A DNA stretch of 61,383 bases, the filler included, from Sphacelaria rigidula (lineage: Eukaryota), in the NCBI GenBank assembly GCA_964200075.2. It is 9 parts of 9 records of this genome, joined end to end, with 100 filler letters (N's around TTAATTAATTAA, not from the genome) between each part and the next. Parts side by side here need not be neighbours in the genome. Positions count along the whole stretch, not along the records: positions 13,665 to 20,396 come from CAXNAA020018365.1; positions 20,497 to 27,228 come from CAXNAA020018366.1; 7 more parts are not named here. The stretch is one strand, 5' to 3'. A program made the position numbers and the translations under genes. This document shows, one piece after another, positions 13,707-25,990 of this stretch. How positions within the stretch are numbered: the first letter of the stretch is position 1; each line of letters starts with the position of its first letter. The notes beneath the pieces were generated by a model. That model was not told where the DNA came from. It saw only the letters and a list, made by a program, of their open reading frames with translations, and made no database searches.

Positions 13707-14237
13707 CAGGGAGGAATACATGACACGTGACGTTTTAACGTGACACATTCGAAAACACCCAACTCTGGGTCATTTAACGCTACGTAAGATTTGATTTTTT
13801 GGATGGGACATATGTAAGATGACGTGATGTAACGTGTGATCCTTCGCATGAACAGCAACATTGCGTTTTACTTCCCGAATGTGACGAAAACTCTGCTTGT
13901 TTTCGTGAAAATGTCACGTGTCACGTGTCACGTTAAAAATTCACAAAACCAGTCTTTTTTCTACATCTAGAAAACGCCAAGAGACACTGCTTCAAGGTGC
14001 ACATGTTACTATACATCACGTTACGTTGCATCTGTCCCGTACAAAAAATCAAACCTCACGTAGCGTTAACCCTCAGACCGCGAGGTTAGTCTTCTGTTGA
14101 ATCAGCATCAATTTCAAGTGAACAGCAGTATGCATGATCCAGAAAGACTAATCTCGCGGTCTAAGGGTTAAATGGCCCAAAGTTATGTTTTTTCCGGTTT
14201 TTTCAACTGTGTCGCGTGTGTCACGTACCCCTCCCTG
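13707..14237. mobile_element. hAT-like MITE hosting a piggyBac-like MITE
   Basis: TIRs CAGGGAGG..TGACAC / GTGTCACGTACCCCTCCCTG, with 8-bp flanks TAAAAAAA and TAAAAAAC (TSD, one mismatch). It has many internal GTCACGTG motifs. Confidence 0.65.
14070..14167. mobile_element. piggyBac-like 98-bp MITE
   Basis: TTAA|CCCTCAGACCGCGAG ... CTCGCGGTCTAAGGG|TTAA. An inverted copy of the same length lies at 55521-55618, with relatives at 34299-34391 and ~29338-29429. Confidence 0.85.
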
Positions 14238-14844
14238 TAAAAAACAAGACACACCGAGACCAGTGCCGTGCAGTTGTCAAGCAACACTCCTACAACCGTA
14301 TTATGCGCAAAGCAGCACGGCAGCGGTAGTCATGGGGCAGGCACAGCTAAGCCCGATTCGCGAGACACCGTGCAATCAACTCGTCAACTGCCTTTGTGCA
14401 ATCGACATGAATCTCAGATCCTGGCAGGCCTCAGCGGCGTTGACATGCTTGTAAAGCATGTTCCGTGCTACGGAAAACCAAGCCAGGCAGCCTCAATCAT
14501 TATTATAGATGCAGGGTTACCGAAACCTGAGCAGATGGAGCGCAAGCCTGCCCCTGACAGAGAAAGAAAACAAAATACGAGCCTCGTCTTGGGGCGATTT
14601 TGCAATAGAAATAAGCCGTCCAGCAACGAACGAGAAGCGGTCCGCTCGCCGCGCCTATTTTTCCGGTCGGCTCGAAAATGCAGTGGACCTGAGGAAATGT
14701 ACGTGAACAATACTTGATACTCGATGTTACTTGATTTCAGACTCAAGAAAGTTCTGATAATATTCATGGTCTGGGGCAGGTGAGCAGTGGTGAGCAGTAG
14801 ACCCAGCTCGCCCAGAACGTGTTTTGGTCCAAAATCGGCTGAAA

Positions 14845-14979
14845 GGTGTCGATTTGTGCTCTGGCAACGCACACTTTGCCTAGACAACACTCTGCACCCC
14901 CTTGCCCGCGGGTTCTCCGTATGCCTTGGTCGGGGTTAGGGTTAGGGTTAGGGTTAGGGTTAGGGTTAGGGTTAGGGTT
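14845..14979 (+). repeat. Telomeric-tailed repeat family, ending in (TTAGGG)7
   Basis: Seven perfect TTAGGG units at 14936-14977 follow a ~90-bp body shared with 30057-30170 (minus strand). Confidence 0.75.
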
Positions 14980-15873
14980 GGCGGCATTCCATAGTACCAA
15001 CCATTATTTACGTACATTTCCTCAGGACGCCTCTCATAATGGTAGCCCAACTACACGCAGGATAGTGTTGGTATTTCCAAATGCTGAGCATGCAGGATAT
15101 TCGGTGCGGTCAGTACAGCACACAAGTGCAGTGCGAACGTACACACAAGTACAGTGAGAACGTACCCGCACACCACAAACCAGTGCAGTACCGCACCGTT
15201 CCGTCAGTACAGAGAGCAGTGCGGCCTTGATGCATCCGCACGCCGGGCCTTGCAAACGAACGACCAAGACTGCAAGACTGCATTTGAAGAATTCTCCCCC
15301 TGTACAGTGTATAATTTTGTCGAAAAATGTACTGTGTACAGTATGGAATCTTTTGTATGTTGCAATAGGCGAAATAGTCTATACTGTACGCAGTACACTT
15401 TTCGACTGTATTCTTTTGTTCAGGGTGTGAAAAAGTTTGCCCCAACGAGGAAGGAGAGCGTACCGTGTTTTTAAGGAGCCTGAGCCGGCCAGTACTCTGC
15501 ATGCTAGGCACCTGCAACAGACCAGGGGATAGAAACCCCCCGCGGCTGACCGGTTTGTAGGTTCGGCGCGGCTCCAGGTTAGCTTTTGTTAGAAGTGGTT
15601 GTGGTAACATTAATGCATCTCATGTTCACCTGCATGTGGTAGGAAGGGTCATACCATGTACCTCAGCGCCTGCTTGTGACCCCAAAATGGACTCCGCGGT
15701 GACTCCTGCCAATGCACACACATATTTTTGTTCATCACGTACCGACGGGAGAACGACCCGTGTTTTGTAAAGCTACAAACGGCGTGCTTTCACGATAGAG
15801 TTTACGTTTTGAGGGTGCCTACAGATCCGGATGGTGTGAGAATTTTCAGACGGTATCCGAATGATATTTGTAC

Positions 15874-16352
15874 GGCCGCTGCTTTTAGACTGAAAAAAAG
15901 ACTTGTTTGAGAACTGCCCTTTTGAATCTTTCACCTCGGATTATTGGCGGAATACGGGCCTTGGTGGATTTGGCCCCCTCGGAAAGATTTGCTCTATTTC
16001 TCACGAGGATTCCAGCGAACTTGTCCGATCTTTCGTACTGCCAGTTTTACTCTCGGCCGGATCATGGATTTTTTCAGCCGCCACGAAAATCATCCACTTG
16101 TCGGGAAAAATACGTACTTTTTGCCGACAACTCGAAGTTTCTTCAGGTGACTGAAAAAATCCAGGATCCGGCCAAGAGTAAAACTGGGAGTACGAAATAT
16201 CGGACAAGCGTGCTGGAACCCTCGTGAAAAATAGAGCAAATCTTTCCGAGGAGGCCAAATCCGCCAAGGTCCGTATTCCGCCGATAATCCGTAATGAAGG
16301 GTTCAAAAGCGCAGTTCTCAGACAGATTTTTCTTCAGTCTATAAGAAGCGAC
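15874..16352. mobile_element. Foldback / long-TIR MITE (~480-bp imperfect palindrome)
   Basis: The left arm GAGAACTGCCCTTTTGAA...GGATCATGGATTTTTTCAG is the reverse complement of the right arm CTGAAAAAATCCAGGATCC...TTCAAAAGCGCAGTTCTC. The ORF track shows mirrored peptides on both strands. Confidence 0.8.
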
Positions 16353-16486
16353 CAAAAACTCTTTTCTTGTATCTTGGCGCAAAAGGAGGATCACAAGATT
16401 TCGATCCGTGGCTGAAAACACATTATTAACAGCGTTTGCATCGAGTCGTCAGTACCCCCCGACGCAAGATTACCAAAACATTTTAA

Positions 16487-17873
16487 GGGCAGGTCGAGTA
16501 GGGTACACTCAATTGCGGGGTATTTCGAAAGTCGTACTTTAAGTTCTCAAATTGGGGTAGGGTGCCAGAAGCCATACCCAAAAAATATTTGGAAAGCGAT
16601 CCCTAACACCCTACGAGCTGGGCCAGCCCAAAAACGGATTCAAGCTCCCAAAGCAATATCTCGTCGACATCGACGAGTTGGGCCATGATCCTCATATTGC
16701 AGTAATCGCCTAATCAAGGGGAAGGTGCCCGTTTGTTCGAAAGTCTGGGCCAATGTTCTCTCGTTGATTGAACCCCACGTCTAGTAATTCCTACACCTAA
16801 GGGAGACAGCGTCTATATTAAAATCTATATGAAACCCCCGATCGATACATTCAGCGGATGACGAATTTTGGTGTGGACATTCCCTGGAGCACGAGGAGAC
16901 GAAAGATACCCTCACCTTCACCTAATTCGTTACCCATCTTGAGATAGGGCGCACATAAGTTTACATACTGAAATCAGTATATTACGAGTAGAGGCATTAG
17001 ATTAGCTAAATTTGGATATCGTGTCTCAGTTTTTGAGAGTAATGCTATGAAATTCCGTATGAAGAACCGATGGTGCATGAAAAAAGCTAAAACAAAAAAC
17101 TTTTCTAATTTTTATATTTATTTTTTATCCGTTTAGGGCAGTTTTGAGGAGAAATGAACACTGCTCTAGGGCCTTATCTCAATTTTTTAGCTCAACGTAT
17201 AGAATTGTGGTCTGCAACTCAGGATAAAGAACCACAGAGGTATGCTGATAAAAAAAAATGGGTCCTCCATATTTTTCGGAGAGTTTCGGACGTTCTCTCA
17301 GAAAAATGATCACTTCGATACTAAAACGCCCTGAACAAGTGAAGAAAAAAGAAAAATCCACCTGACCTCCTTTGTTTCGTCAATTGTGCCCTAGCCACGG
17401 CCCACACAAAGTTTCAATACACAAATACCAAACGTGGGCCGGTAAGTGGCCTGCAAAATACTGTTCTGACTTTCTTCTGACCTCGTCACTAAACGTCCCC
17501 TTCACCGGCCAATATTTAGAGTTTGACCCTGAAATTTGGTATGGACAATGAATACCTGTAGGGCAAAAAAAAACAAATACCAGTGCACACAAGGTTTTTC
17601 TTTGTTTTTTCATGAGTTGAGGGCCATAATCAGTTTCCAGGTATCAGTAAAATGCCTCTAACACATGAAAAAAAAACTTGTGTGCACTCAGATTTCTTTT
17701 TAATATGCCCTATTCATTGTCCATACCAAATTTCAGGGTCCAACTCTAAATATTGGTCGGTGAATGGGCCTGCAGACTACAAATTCGCTTCTCGGCTGGC
17801 CCAGCTCGTACTCAGAGTACGACTTTCAAAGTAAAAGTACCCCGCGATTGAGTAAACTCTACTCGATCTGCCC
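16487..17873. mobile_element. TIR element (GGGCAG...CTGCCC, ~55-bp TIRs) containing the mariner-like insertion
   Basis: GGGCAGGTCGAGTAGGGTACACTCAATTGCGGGGTA is matched by TACCCCGCGATTGAGTAAACTCTACTCGATCTGCCC. The superfamily is unresolved. Confidence 0.65.
16614..17808. mobile_element. Tc1/mariner-like MITE, same family as 9268-10137, opposite orientation
   Basis: TA|CGAGCTGGGCCAGCC ... GGCTGGCCCAGCTCG|TA, with colinear internal homology to 9268-10137. Confidence 0.85.
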
Positions 17874-20800
17874 TTGAAAATTTTATAATTTGAAACACGC
17901 CGTATTCTGCGTCATGTATCGTAGCAACGGGCTACATTTCGCTTGGCTGGCTTCCACAGCTGCAGAGCCCCCATCGATAAATTCGATAGCCCACGGTGCA
18001 GGCTTTTAGCATGCCAGCGTATCGTGCTTCGCTTGTATTTTTCTCTTGCCGAAATGATGTAGAAGCACAGCTTACCGTCTTTGCGTCGACTCGAATTGAC
18101 ACCAAACGCTTAGTACCACCCTGACACAATTTCTCAGAGACACCGTTTGTGCTCCCAAAACGGGGCGGTTCCAGATGGGCGACTTCCAATCGAACCAAGC
18201 ACACCGCGCCCAGCTAAACAGCGTCCAAGCGCCTCTCTGCCTGACGTATCATGTTCCCTCCAGTAGGTTGGAATCTTTGATTCGATCAGGGTAAAGCAAG
18301 CAAACGCTGAGTATGTTCTCAAGGGTCAACCCTTTGACCGCCAAGGGGGGTGATTTAGATTTTGCCATCACTTTTCAAGTAAAATAATGCCGGCTCAACA
18401 GATCGCCAACTCCGGAGGCCAAAAGGTCAACCTGTGACGACAAGGATCAAGGGCTCCGGTCGCGCGGTCCGTTTTGGTGTACTATCCCAGACGTCCGTTC
18501 ATATTATTACTCTTCGGATACACCCTAGTGGCACATGGACCAGAATGGAGAGATTTGAAGTCAAAAGGTCAACGCGGTGAGGTTATATCATAGGTGCAGA
18601 ATTGGCGACGTCAACTTCCACGCAAAATTCAACACCAAAATTCAACACCCGAGACAACGGAAAATCAATAGTTGCAATGTGAAAAAAATGTACTGCGTGA
18701 AGTTCCGGGCCTGTTGCCTATTGCAGCAGTGAGCAATAAATATCTTCAATGCACGCAGTACACTTTTTTACCATTGCACATACTCAATTTTATCATCATT
18801 CAGGGTGTGCAAAAATTGGCAAGTTTTTCACGCCCTGGACAATAGATTTTATTGTCAAAATGTGTACTGCGTACGTATTGTTATTGTTACTATTATTATT
18901 ATGTCCGCACATTAGTCCGATCTCGCGAATCCGTGGTCACAGGCGTAGGCTCGCCTTTCCAATACCGTCCCTGCTATTCCTTACCAGACACATTACCGAA
19001 ATAAAGAAAAAAAATAAGTATAGTATCGACTATTGCGTCTGTTGCAATAGTCAATAGTCAATACTGTCGATTCCATACTGTACGCAGTGCGCTTTTCGAC
19101 AACGTAATATTTTGTCAGTTTACAGGGTGTGCATTCTTTGCACTGATTGGTTGTCGCACATTGACTGATCCGCGAGGGATCCAGCGATGATCACAAGATA
19201 GTTGCACCGAAGGTAAAAAAACAGAAATACTCGAAAAAGGCAACTATCAACTATGATAGAGGGAGGCCCTGTCGGTGTAATACCGACATGCAGGCATCTC
19301 TACACTGGCTGTACACCGCACCCGCACTATAAGTCCCTGTGATGCCGGCAGATCACCAACCTACAATCAAAATACCAAGAAAAGTACAAGTAGTGCAGAT
19401 GACAGCACGCAACCGACGTCAGACTTCATTATACTGTATACTGTATATTTCTGTCGCCTACCGCAAATACTGTAATTTTTCAAGTTTTTACAGGAGAACA
19501 GCGACAGACGGCAAGTATACAGTAGGAGTAACATTCAGTAGTAATATTACCCAGTCTAGTAGGAAGGAAAGGGTGTGCACAGCAGGCGTTTGAGAAAGAG
19601 TGGATCAACATTGCAATAACCGCCGAAAATCCCACCGATAATCTCACAGGTTTTGACCGTGCGGTTCCGACAGGCTCGGATAAGATGTTGAAACAAAGCT
19701 TCATACCGCGGGGGTGGTATACCGCGTGATCAGAACTAATACGGACGGTATGAGCAACAACAGTGAGTACAGCACGGGTGTGCCTTCACGAGTATCACAC
19801 GCTACCGATCACCGTCAGGGAATGAAATCAAGATATCAAATTTCATATATCTCACGTCAGTTCTTACATCAATAATCAGCTGCCTCTGCTCTCCAGGCGT
19901 AACTCTCACGCGGCTCCGGCATCACCCACCGCCAACACACGACCAGTTCTGACTGTACAGGGAATTTTTGGATGTGGAACCGAGTTCATAGCACAGGTCG
20001 TCATAAAATAATTAAACTGAAATCAGCAATGTTATCGTTGTTTTCCATGATTCTTGAACGGATCCAATACTGTCCGGCAGCCAGGATTTCTGTATTGGTG
20101 GACACACGTGCGCTACTCCAGCCCAACGTACCGCAGAGAGTTTAGCAAGATTGAATTGTCTGAGGGGAGTTTCTGTCCAGACCCGGTCTGAGCTTCATTT
20201 CTCTCCGCCAGCTGGCTACAGCCCAGGACAGTATTATAGTACTCGTATCGATGATATTTTCACGAGCACCAGGCATCATGAAGCAAGCTTACGATATACA
20301 GTACCTCCGAACGGGGGCAGTGATCTATAGTAGTCAGCGTCAGAAGTTTTCAGAATTCGTAGTCGTCCTTTTTTCTGAGTTTTTCTGGAGTACCGTNNNN
20401 NNNNNNNNNNNNNNNNNNNNNNNNNNNNNNNNNNNNNNNNTTAATTAATTAANNNNNNNNNNNNNNNNNNNNNNNNNNNNNNNNNNNNNNNNNNNNCGGC
20501 TTTGTAGGGATGCGAGGTCAATGGTCTGATGACTATGGCATGCATGATCATGAGTACAACCCCTATCGTAGGATGACTCCCTACTTGCTTCGTACATGCG
20601 ACAACCGCTTCCGTTTATGGGGACGGTCGCCACGCGTATATTTTTCCACTGCATGTTTGTGTTTATGTAGTCTTCGCTGTTGCCAAGCGTACTTCTTATT
20701 TTTCTCTGTAATTGTTTCTGCTTTTGTCTTTTTTGCGCCAGTATGTTGTGGATTTCGTCACGAGTGTTCCACCGTTCGTGACCGTCAAGTCTAGAACACT

Positions 20801-21217
20801 TGGCCTATTTGTCTACGAGTCCTGCCCATGTGAAACCGACCTCGTTTATAGGAAGGGTCACGTGCAATAAAACACAACTGGCTGGTTTATGTTTCGGTGA
20901 TTGGTAAGATACAGCGTGGTCACCACTGACCGCGTCGTACGTAAAGTTGTTGAGGAACTGCCATTGAAGTCGTGGTATATGTTATTGCTAACGCCTCCTA
21001 ATATAGGACCATTACGTATCACGCTAGGATCGATTACTCTTCCGCAACTGCCATTCCGCCATGTCGATGTTCGACCATTGGTACAGCCTATAGGCTCAGA
21101 GTCCGTCACTCACTATTTTTATTATCGCTGCTTTCACCAGTTATTGCGTACGGTTACCCGCCTCTGAAATTGGTCGGTGGTGTTTTGTATTTATAAGGGG
21201 TTATTAAGTGACGGTAC

Positions 21218-21434
21218 TGTAATGCGTGAGAGGACCGCGTGCTTAGAGGACAGCGCCGTAGTCCGAAACACCACAGGATCGACGTTTTTCGAAATCAATC
21301 GGGCCAGTCCCTGCAGGTACCACGCACCTGACCCTAACCCCAACCCTAACCCTAACCCTAACCCTAACCCTAACCATAGGGATGATTCAATTCCGATGCG
21401 GTCCTCTAAGCACGCGGTCCTCTCACGCATTACA
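21218..21434 (+). mobile_element. Telomeric-repeat-carrying MITE, copy A
   Basis: TIRs TGTAATGCGTGAGAGGACCGCGTGCTTAGAGGAC / GTCCTCTAAGCACGCGGTCCTCTCACGCATTACA enclose 7 CCCTAA-type units at 21332-21373. The flanks GGTAC and GATGC do not form a clean TSD. Confidence 0.9.
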
Positions 21435-23733
21435 GATGCGACGTGACGGTGAGCCCGACTGGGGTTTTTCCTCCAGTCTGAGCCAGCGAACTAGATCGCC
21501 TTCGTCCGAACTGGCAAGTACCGTGAGAAGTGGACTGCGTTTGCCGTCTCTCTCCGTGTATATGTTGTGGTTTAGAAACGTGTTGGCTCGGATTTATCTC
21601 CGATGGTTGTGTATAATTAATTTACGTTTATTTTGACGTATAAGAATACCCGACCTCTCAAATCGGCCGGCTGTTTTCGTATATCGTTTGTGTGAGAACT
21701 ACTGTACGACTGGATCGTCAACCAGGCGTATTTAGCAACACGTTGCACTCTCACACACATGGAATGAAAATTCGTTCACGATAATCGAGTCAACTTGTCC
21801 GTATCATGCATATTGCGGGGTTTTTCAACGTATGGTTCTCGCGGAAAACATTATTTTCCGCGACCAATCAGCTGTACGTTCTTGATTTTGCCGATTGGCT
21901 GAGGCTACTGATTAGCATAAACTTGGAGTGATATAACGCCTTGGCGGGCTTGCTTGCTTGTAATATAAATTAGGGTGAATAATCCGGAATTCCGAAAGCG
22001 AGTAGCATTTTCTAAATATGATTTAGTTACGGTAGTGTATGTTCATCGTTTCGATGATTGGCCTCTGATTTCCATAATTCCTTCTGAAATACTCACGGCA
22101 TTTCAGAACACTACATTCAAATTCCAGGACGATCATGCATTTTGTATCTTGGTTCAACTGTCTTTTCGTTTTTTCGGGTCGATTTCACAAGATCGGCTGG
22201 TCATGGTGGTGCCTTTGCATGTAGTGCTTCGCGAATGTCCCGACTGGGTACTGTGCACCCTTTTGTGCCCAAATTATTCAATTCTTAGAATTGTTGACCT
22301 ACAGTTTTTGTGGTGCGGGAGAAGGAATGGATGCAGCACTCTCGCCTCTTGTCACAGTCTGCGGGTGCTCCAAGCATGAGAAGCATAGGTTATGTGATAG
22401 GGATCCGCAATCTTGCGCAAATGTTTGAGTACGTTTGAGTGCTTCAGCCATGAGAGGCACATACATGTTATTATGTGATGTGTCATGGTACGATACTCAC
22501 CACTTAGGTAGGGAGGTGCCAGTTCAGTGGGCACCGGGGCTAGCAGGCCCAAACACTATCATTAGTATCGAAGTCATTGCGTTCGACGTTACCAAGTGTA
22601 AAGTCAGCCACCGCACCACCAGTGGTCAGGTGGCATGCCATGAGCCACGCAGGCTGCAAGAGAACATGTGCTGCATGAAGGTCAGGCTTACATTTGTGAA
22701 GACTAGAGAATCCTCTGAGATAGCAGTCCAGGATGGCGTAGATGCTCTTGTATTATTGGCGTACAGGCTAGCTTGTGCTTTGCTAGTTTAGGTGCATTGT
22801 CCAAAGCGCTGTCAAAACGCTGTCAAAACGCATTTCCACGTGAGGGCACACAGGGGGGCAGACGGCCAGATTCTACGACAATGTAGCATGACTCATCAGA
22901 TACCAAGCAGGACAAAGTATGACAAATGAACCCTACTCGACTGGAAAAGGACCAACAAATCTGTAACATCCCCCTAGCCATATTTATATGGCTAAACAAA
23001 AAATTATTGGAGGACTGGAAGGGCCAGAAAAAAAACAAAGCCTGTGCAACATACGCCTGAAAGCAAAACGAGAAAAACCCGCTGAATTACAGTACAGGGG
23101 AAACCTCGTTGCAGATCTAATGAATGGGTAAACCCTGACAAGCAGGGGAAAACCCCATCCGTTGGGAAAAGAAAACAATCTATAACGCCCTTTCCAACGA
23201 CAGAAACAGCAGACAAGTATGGTCGCTGTCGTTTTCCCGGAATCTCAGTTAGACTGGAGAACGATCGGCTAGTTAGCGTGATCGCGCGTCGACACCCTGG
23301 ATGTACTTTGAAAAAACGAAAAATATTTCCTACGGCAAGCCGCAGGGAGAAAGTCTCAACAGCTGCGCATTGCCCACTTTTCCAAAATAATCTGAGCTAG
23401 CGCAGGCCCGCGTAGAGTTTTTTTAACCCTGGTTTCAACCCATTTCGCACCATGTGATAGCGTCACAACGCTGTCACCACAGCATACAGTGCCACCACAA
23501 TCCATTGGCATAGCAACGCGCGTTGTCTGTTTCTTTCTCCTACCAGTATGTCCGCCTTCGGCGAGTAGATCTGTTTTCCTCCCGTGGGCACCTTCATCTT
23601 ATGATCACGGCTGAATTCGCGTACATCATTTCATGTGCGTGTGTGATATCCAACCAATCGACACAATCCTATGAACACAATCGAATCAGAACCGATTCGA
23701 AACAGACAAATCCGAGCTATTGAATCAGTCTGG

Positions 23734-25371
23734 TCAGACCGAATTTGTCATGGTCTGTTGAGTCACCCCGTCTCTTCTCGGCCTTGCTGCTGAAACCCAC
23801 TCGACAAACCATATCCATAAGAACAAAATCAAGCCCCGAACGCCAGAAAGGTTATCGAAAACGTCTTCCATTTGCCCTGCCTGAGACATCGTGTGGTGAT
23901 GATCGCGCATGGTATTGCGAATAGAAGTGGACAAATCTTGCACGGTCACCGTTGCCCCCCTCCCCCCTTCGCGCGGTTCACCATCGGCTCCAGCTCCTTC
24001 TCGCCGGGGGTGTAGCCACGCTGGCAGAAAAGGGAGGTACGTACGGTCGAGAACCCAGATCACCAGGGGGACTATAAGCGACAAGACCCACCAGGGTGGG
24101 TCGTTGCCGCCATCACCATTGCCATCATCATCGGTGTCAAACCTCGCCGCGGGAGCTAGAGAGACCGAGAGCGCATCCCATTGTGATGTTGGTATCGTTA
24201 CTGGCACCAGAGTTTCGTCGACCCATGAAGGCGGCGGTTGACGTATAGCGGTGAGAGGGGGCCTAGTTGCCCCTGAAGGACTTAGTATCGATTCATCCTC
24301 TGTTGGTATCGTTACTGGCACCAGAGTTTCGTCGACCCATGAAGGCGGCGGTTGACGTATAACGGTGAGAGGGGGCCTAGTTGCCCCTGAAGGACTTAGT
24401 ATCGATTCATCCTCTGTTGGTATCGTTACAGGCACCAGAGTTTCGTCGACCCATGAAGGCGGCGGTTGACGTATAACGGTGAGAGGGGGCCTAGTGGCCC
24501 CTGAAGGACTTAGTATCGATTCATCCGCTGTTGGGTTCACCGGTTGCGAAGTGCTGCCGACCGGCGGCGGCGTCGGTGGTAGACGTGTAACGGTGAGAGG
24601 GGGCCTAGTGGCTCCCGGAAGGCTTGATGTTGATACACTCAATGATGGGCTTAGTAGCAAAATGCTTCCGACTGGCGGCGCAGTAGTCGGTTCCATCGTG
24701 GCAGGAGTGCTTCTGACTGGCGGCGCACTAGTCGGTTTCGGCTGAACTGCAATAGGGGCATGGCAAGCAGGCATCGTCGAAAAAACAACCTCATCTTGTG
24801 GGGTTGTCTCTACTGGCAGCTCAACGAGCTTAGCGATGTTTGAAATACTCATATCGATCCCAATCATCGTAATATCGGATGTTGAGACGGACGGCGATGG
24901 TTCTGGGGTGGTGGGAGACCATGACGACGAAGTTGTTGTGGGCGGGGTTACCAGCGAAGCTGAAATAGGCGGGTCTGGGGGCGGAACTGTAGTACCCACC
25001 TCGGGTGCCACGACTGGCATTGCTTGTGGGAAGATAGTGTGAGGGAACAGGGTTGCCACTGGCGACTCAACAGTCATCACGTTCTCTTGAAACAATCCGC
25101 CGGTGATCACCGCGCTTGCCACTGTGGGCACCACGCACAGGCTGGCTTGGTGCTGTGCAGGATATCCCGTGTCGAACTGACACGTACTAGTCACAAGGTC
25201 GCCACCAGCCCTCACGGTGTCGTACAGGGAGGAGTTAGTCCACCAGTCTGTGCTCGAGAAAGGGTTCATGATCTGCGGTGTACATCGCTGCAGACGGTTC
25301 TTCGGTGCTGCAGTCCTGGGCAAAGCACACCCCAGCACCGTCATCGCCGCTGCCCACCGTCCGAAGCGCAT
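23734..25371 (-). CDS. Intronless Pro/Thr/Ser-rich (mucin-like) predicted membrane protein, ~545 aa from MRFGRW
   Basis: The open frame is 1.9 kb. It has a signal-peptide-like MRFGRWAAAMTVLGCALPRTAA, a short Cys-containing N-domain, a PTS-rich stalk with 38-aa repeats, and hydrophobic segments WWVLSLIVPLVIWVL and LILFLWIWFVEWV. The start codon is inferred. Confidence 0.65.
   Translation of the reverse strand: MRFGRWAAAMTVLGCALPRTAAPKNRLQRCTPQIMNPFSSTDWWTNSSLYDTVRAGGDLVTSTCQFDTGYPAQHQASLCVVPTVASAVITGGLFQENVMTVESPVATLFPHTIFPQAMPVVAPEVGTTVPPPDPPISASLVTPPTTTSSSWSPTTPEPSPSVSTSDITMIGIDMSISNIAKLVELPVETTPQDEVVFSTMPACHAPIAVQPKPTSAPPVRSTPATMEPTTAPPVGSILLLSPSLSVSTSSLPGATRPPLTVTRLPPTPPPVGSTSQPVNPTADESILSPSGATRPPLTVIRQPPPSWVDETLVPVTIPTEDESILSPSGATRPPLTVIRQPPPSWVDETLVPVTIPTEDESILSPSGATRPPLTAIRQPPPSWVDETLVPVTIPTSQWDALSVSLAPAARFDTDDDGNGDGGNDPPWWVLSLIVPLVIWVLDRTYLPFLPAWLHPRREGAGADGEPREGGRGATVTVQDLSTSIRNTMRDHHHTMSQAGQMEDVFDNLSGVRGLILFLWIWFVEWVSAARPRRDGVTQQTMTNSV
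24186..24620 (-). repeat. Coding tandem repeat, 114-bp unit, ~3 near-identical copies plus 1 degenerate
   Basis: GCCTAGTTGCCCCTGAAGG occurs at 24261 and 24375 (period 114). The unit encodes GATRPPLTVIRQPPPSWVDETLVPVTIPTEDESILSPS. Confidence 0.95.
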
Positions 25372-25795
25372 CTGTCTGTTTCCCGATATATACAACGAAA
25401 ACGAAAAACGTGGTTTGCTCGCCGAGTCAGGGATGAGTACATGCGATAGCTTGGGAAACAGGAAAAGGCTTTGCAGCCGCCCTGAAGCTGCCTCTAGGCT
25501 TGAACAGCACGATGTGTGACTGTGCGCATGAAATTCAAATTTGTTGTGGTTGTGTTTGCCAAACTTTGAAAACAGTGCCCGTTGTTCTGAATGACCCCGC
25601 GACCCGTGTTGGAGTGACCTTATGACAATGCATGACATTCCGCAATATTGAAATTACAGCCTACAGAGAGGGACGTTTTGCTCATTCGTCGCTTTAGCTC
25701 GATTTTCGAGTACGAACAGCTTGCTATCATGATCTCTAGTAGGAAAATGCTTTGCAGATAAGGGGCTCACTCATTCGTGGTCAGGCTATTCCTGA

Positions 25796-25990
25796 TGTAA
25801 CGCGTGAGAGGACCGCGTCGTGGTCCAAAACACCTCAGTATCGGCTTTTTTCAAAACCAATCGGGTAAGTCCCTGCAGGGACAGCGCCCCTGACCTCAAC
25901 TCCAACACTAACCCTAACCCTAACCCCAGCGATAGGGGTGCTCAAATTCAGATGGGGTCCTCTAAGCACGCGATTCTCTGGCGCATTACA
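25796..25990 (+). mobile_element. Telomeric-repeat-carrying MITE, copy B (degenerate, deletion in left TIR)
   Basis: TGTAACGCGTGAGAGGACCGCGT ... CACTAACCCTAACCCTAACCCC ... GCGCATTACA. No TSD. Confidence 0.85.

Noticed and set aside
14936..14977. (TTAGGG)7 as a true chromosome end
   Set aside because: It is short, mid-contig, and attached to a dispersed repeat body.
21177..21446. ORFs with NPNPNP / LGLGLG / LTLTLT tracts and shared MRERTACLED starts
   Set aside because: These are translations of the telomeric MITE, not a protein family.
24186..24620. CRISPR-like array
   Set aside because: The repeats are contiguous, in-frame 114-bp coding units with no unique spacers, in a eukaryotic context.
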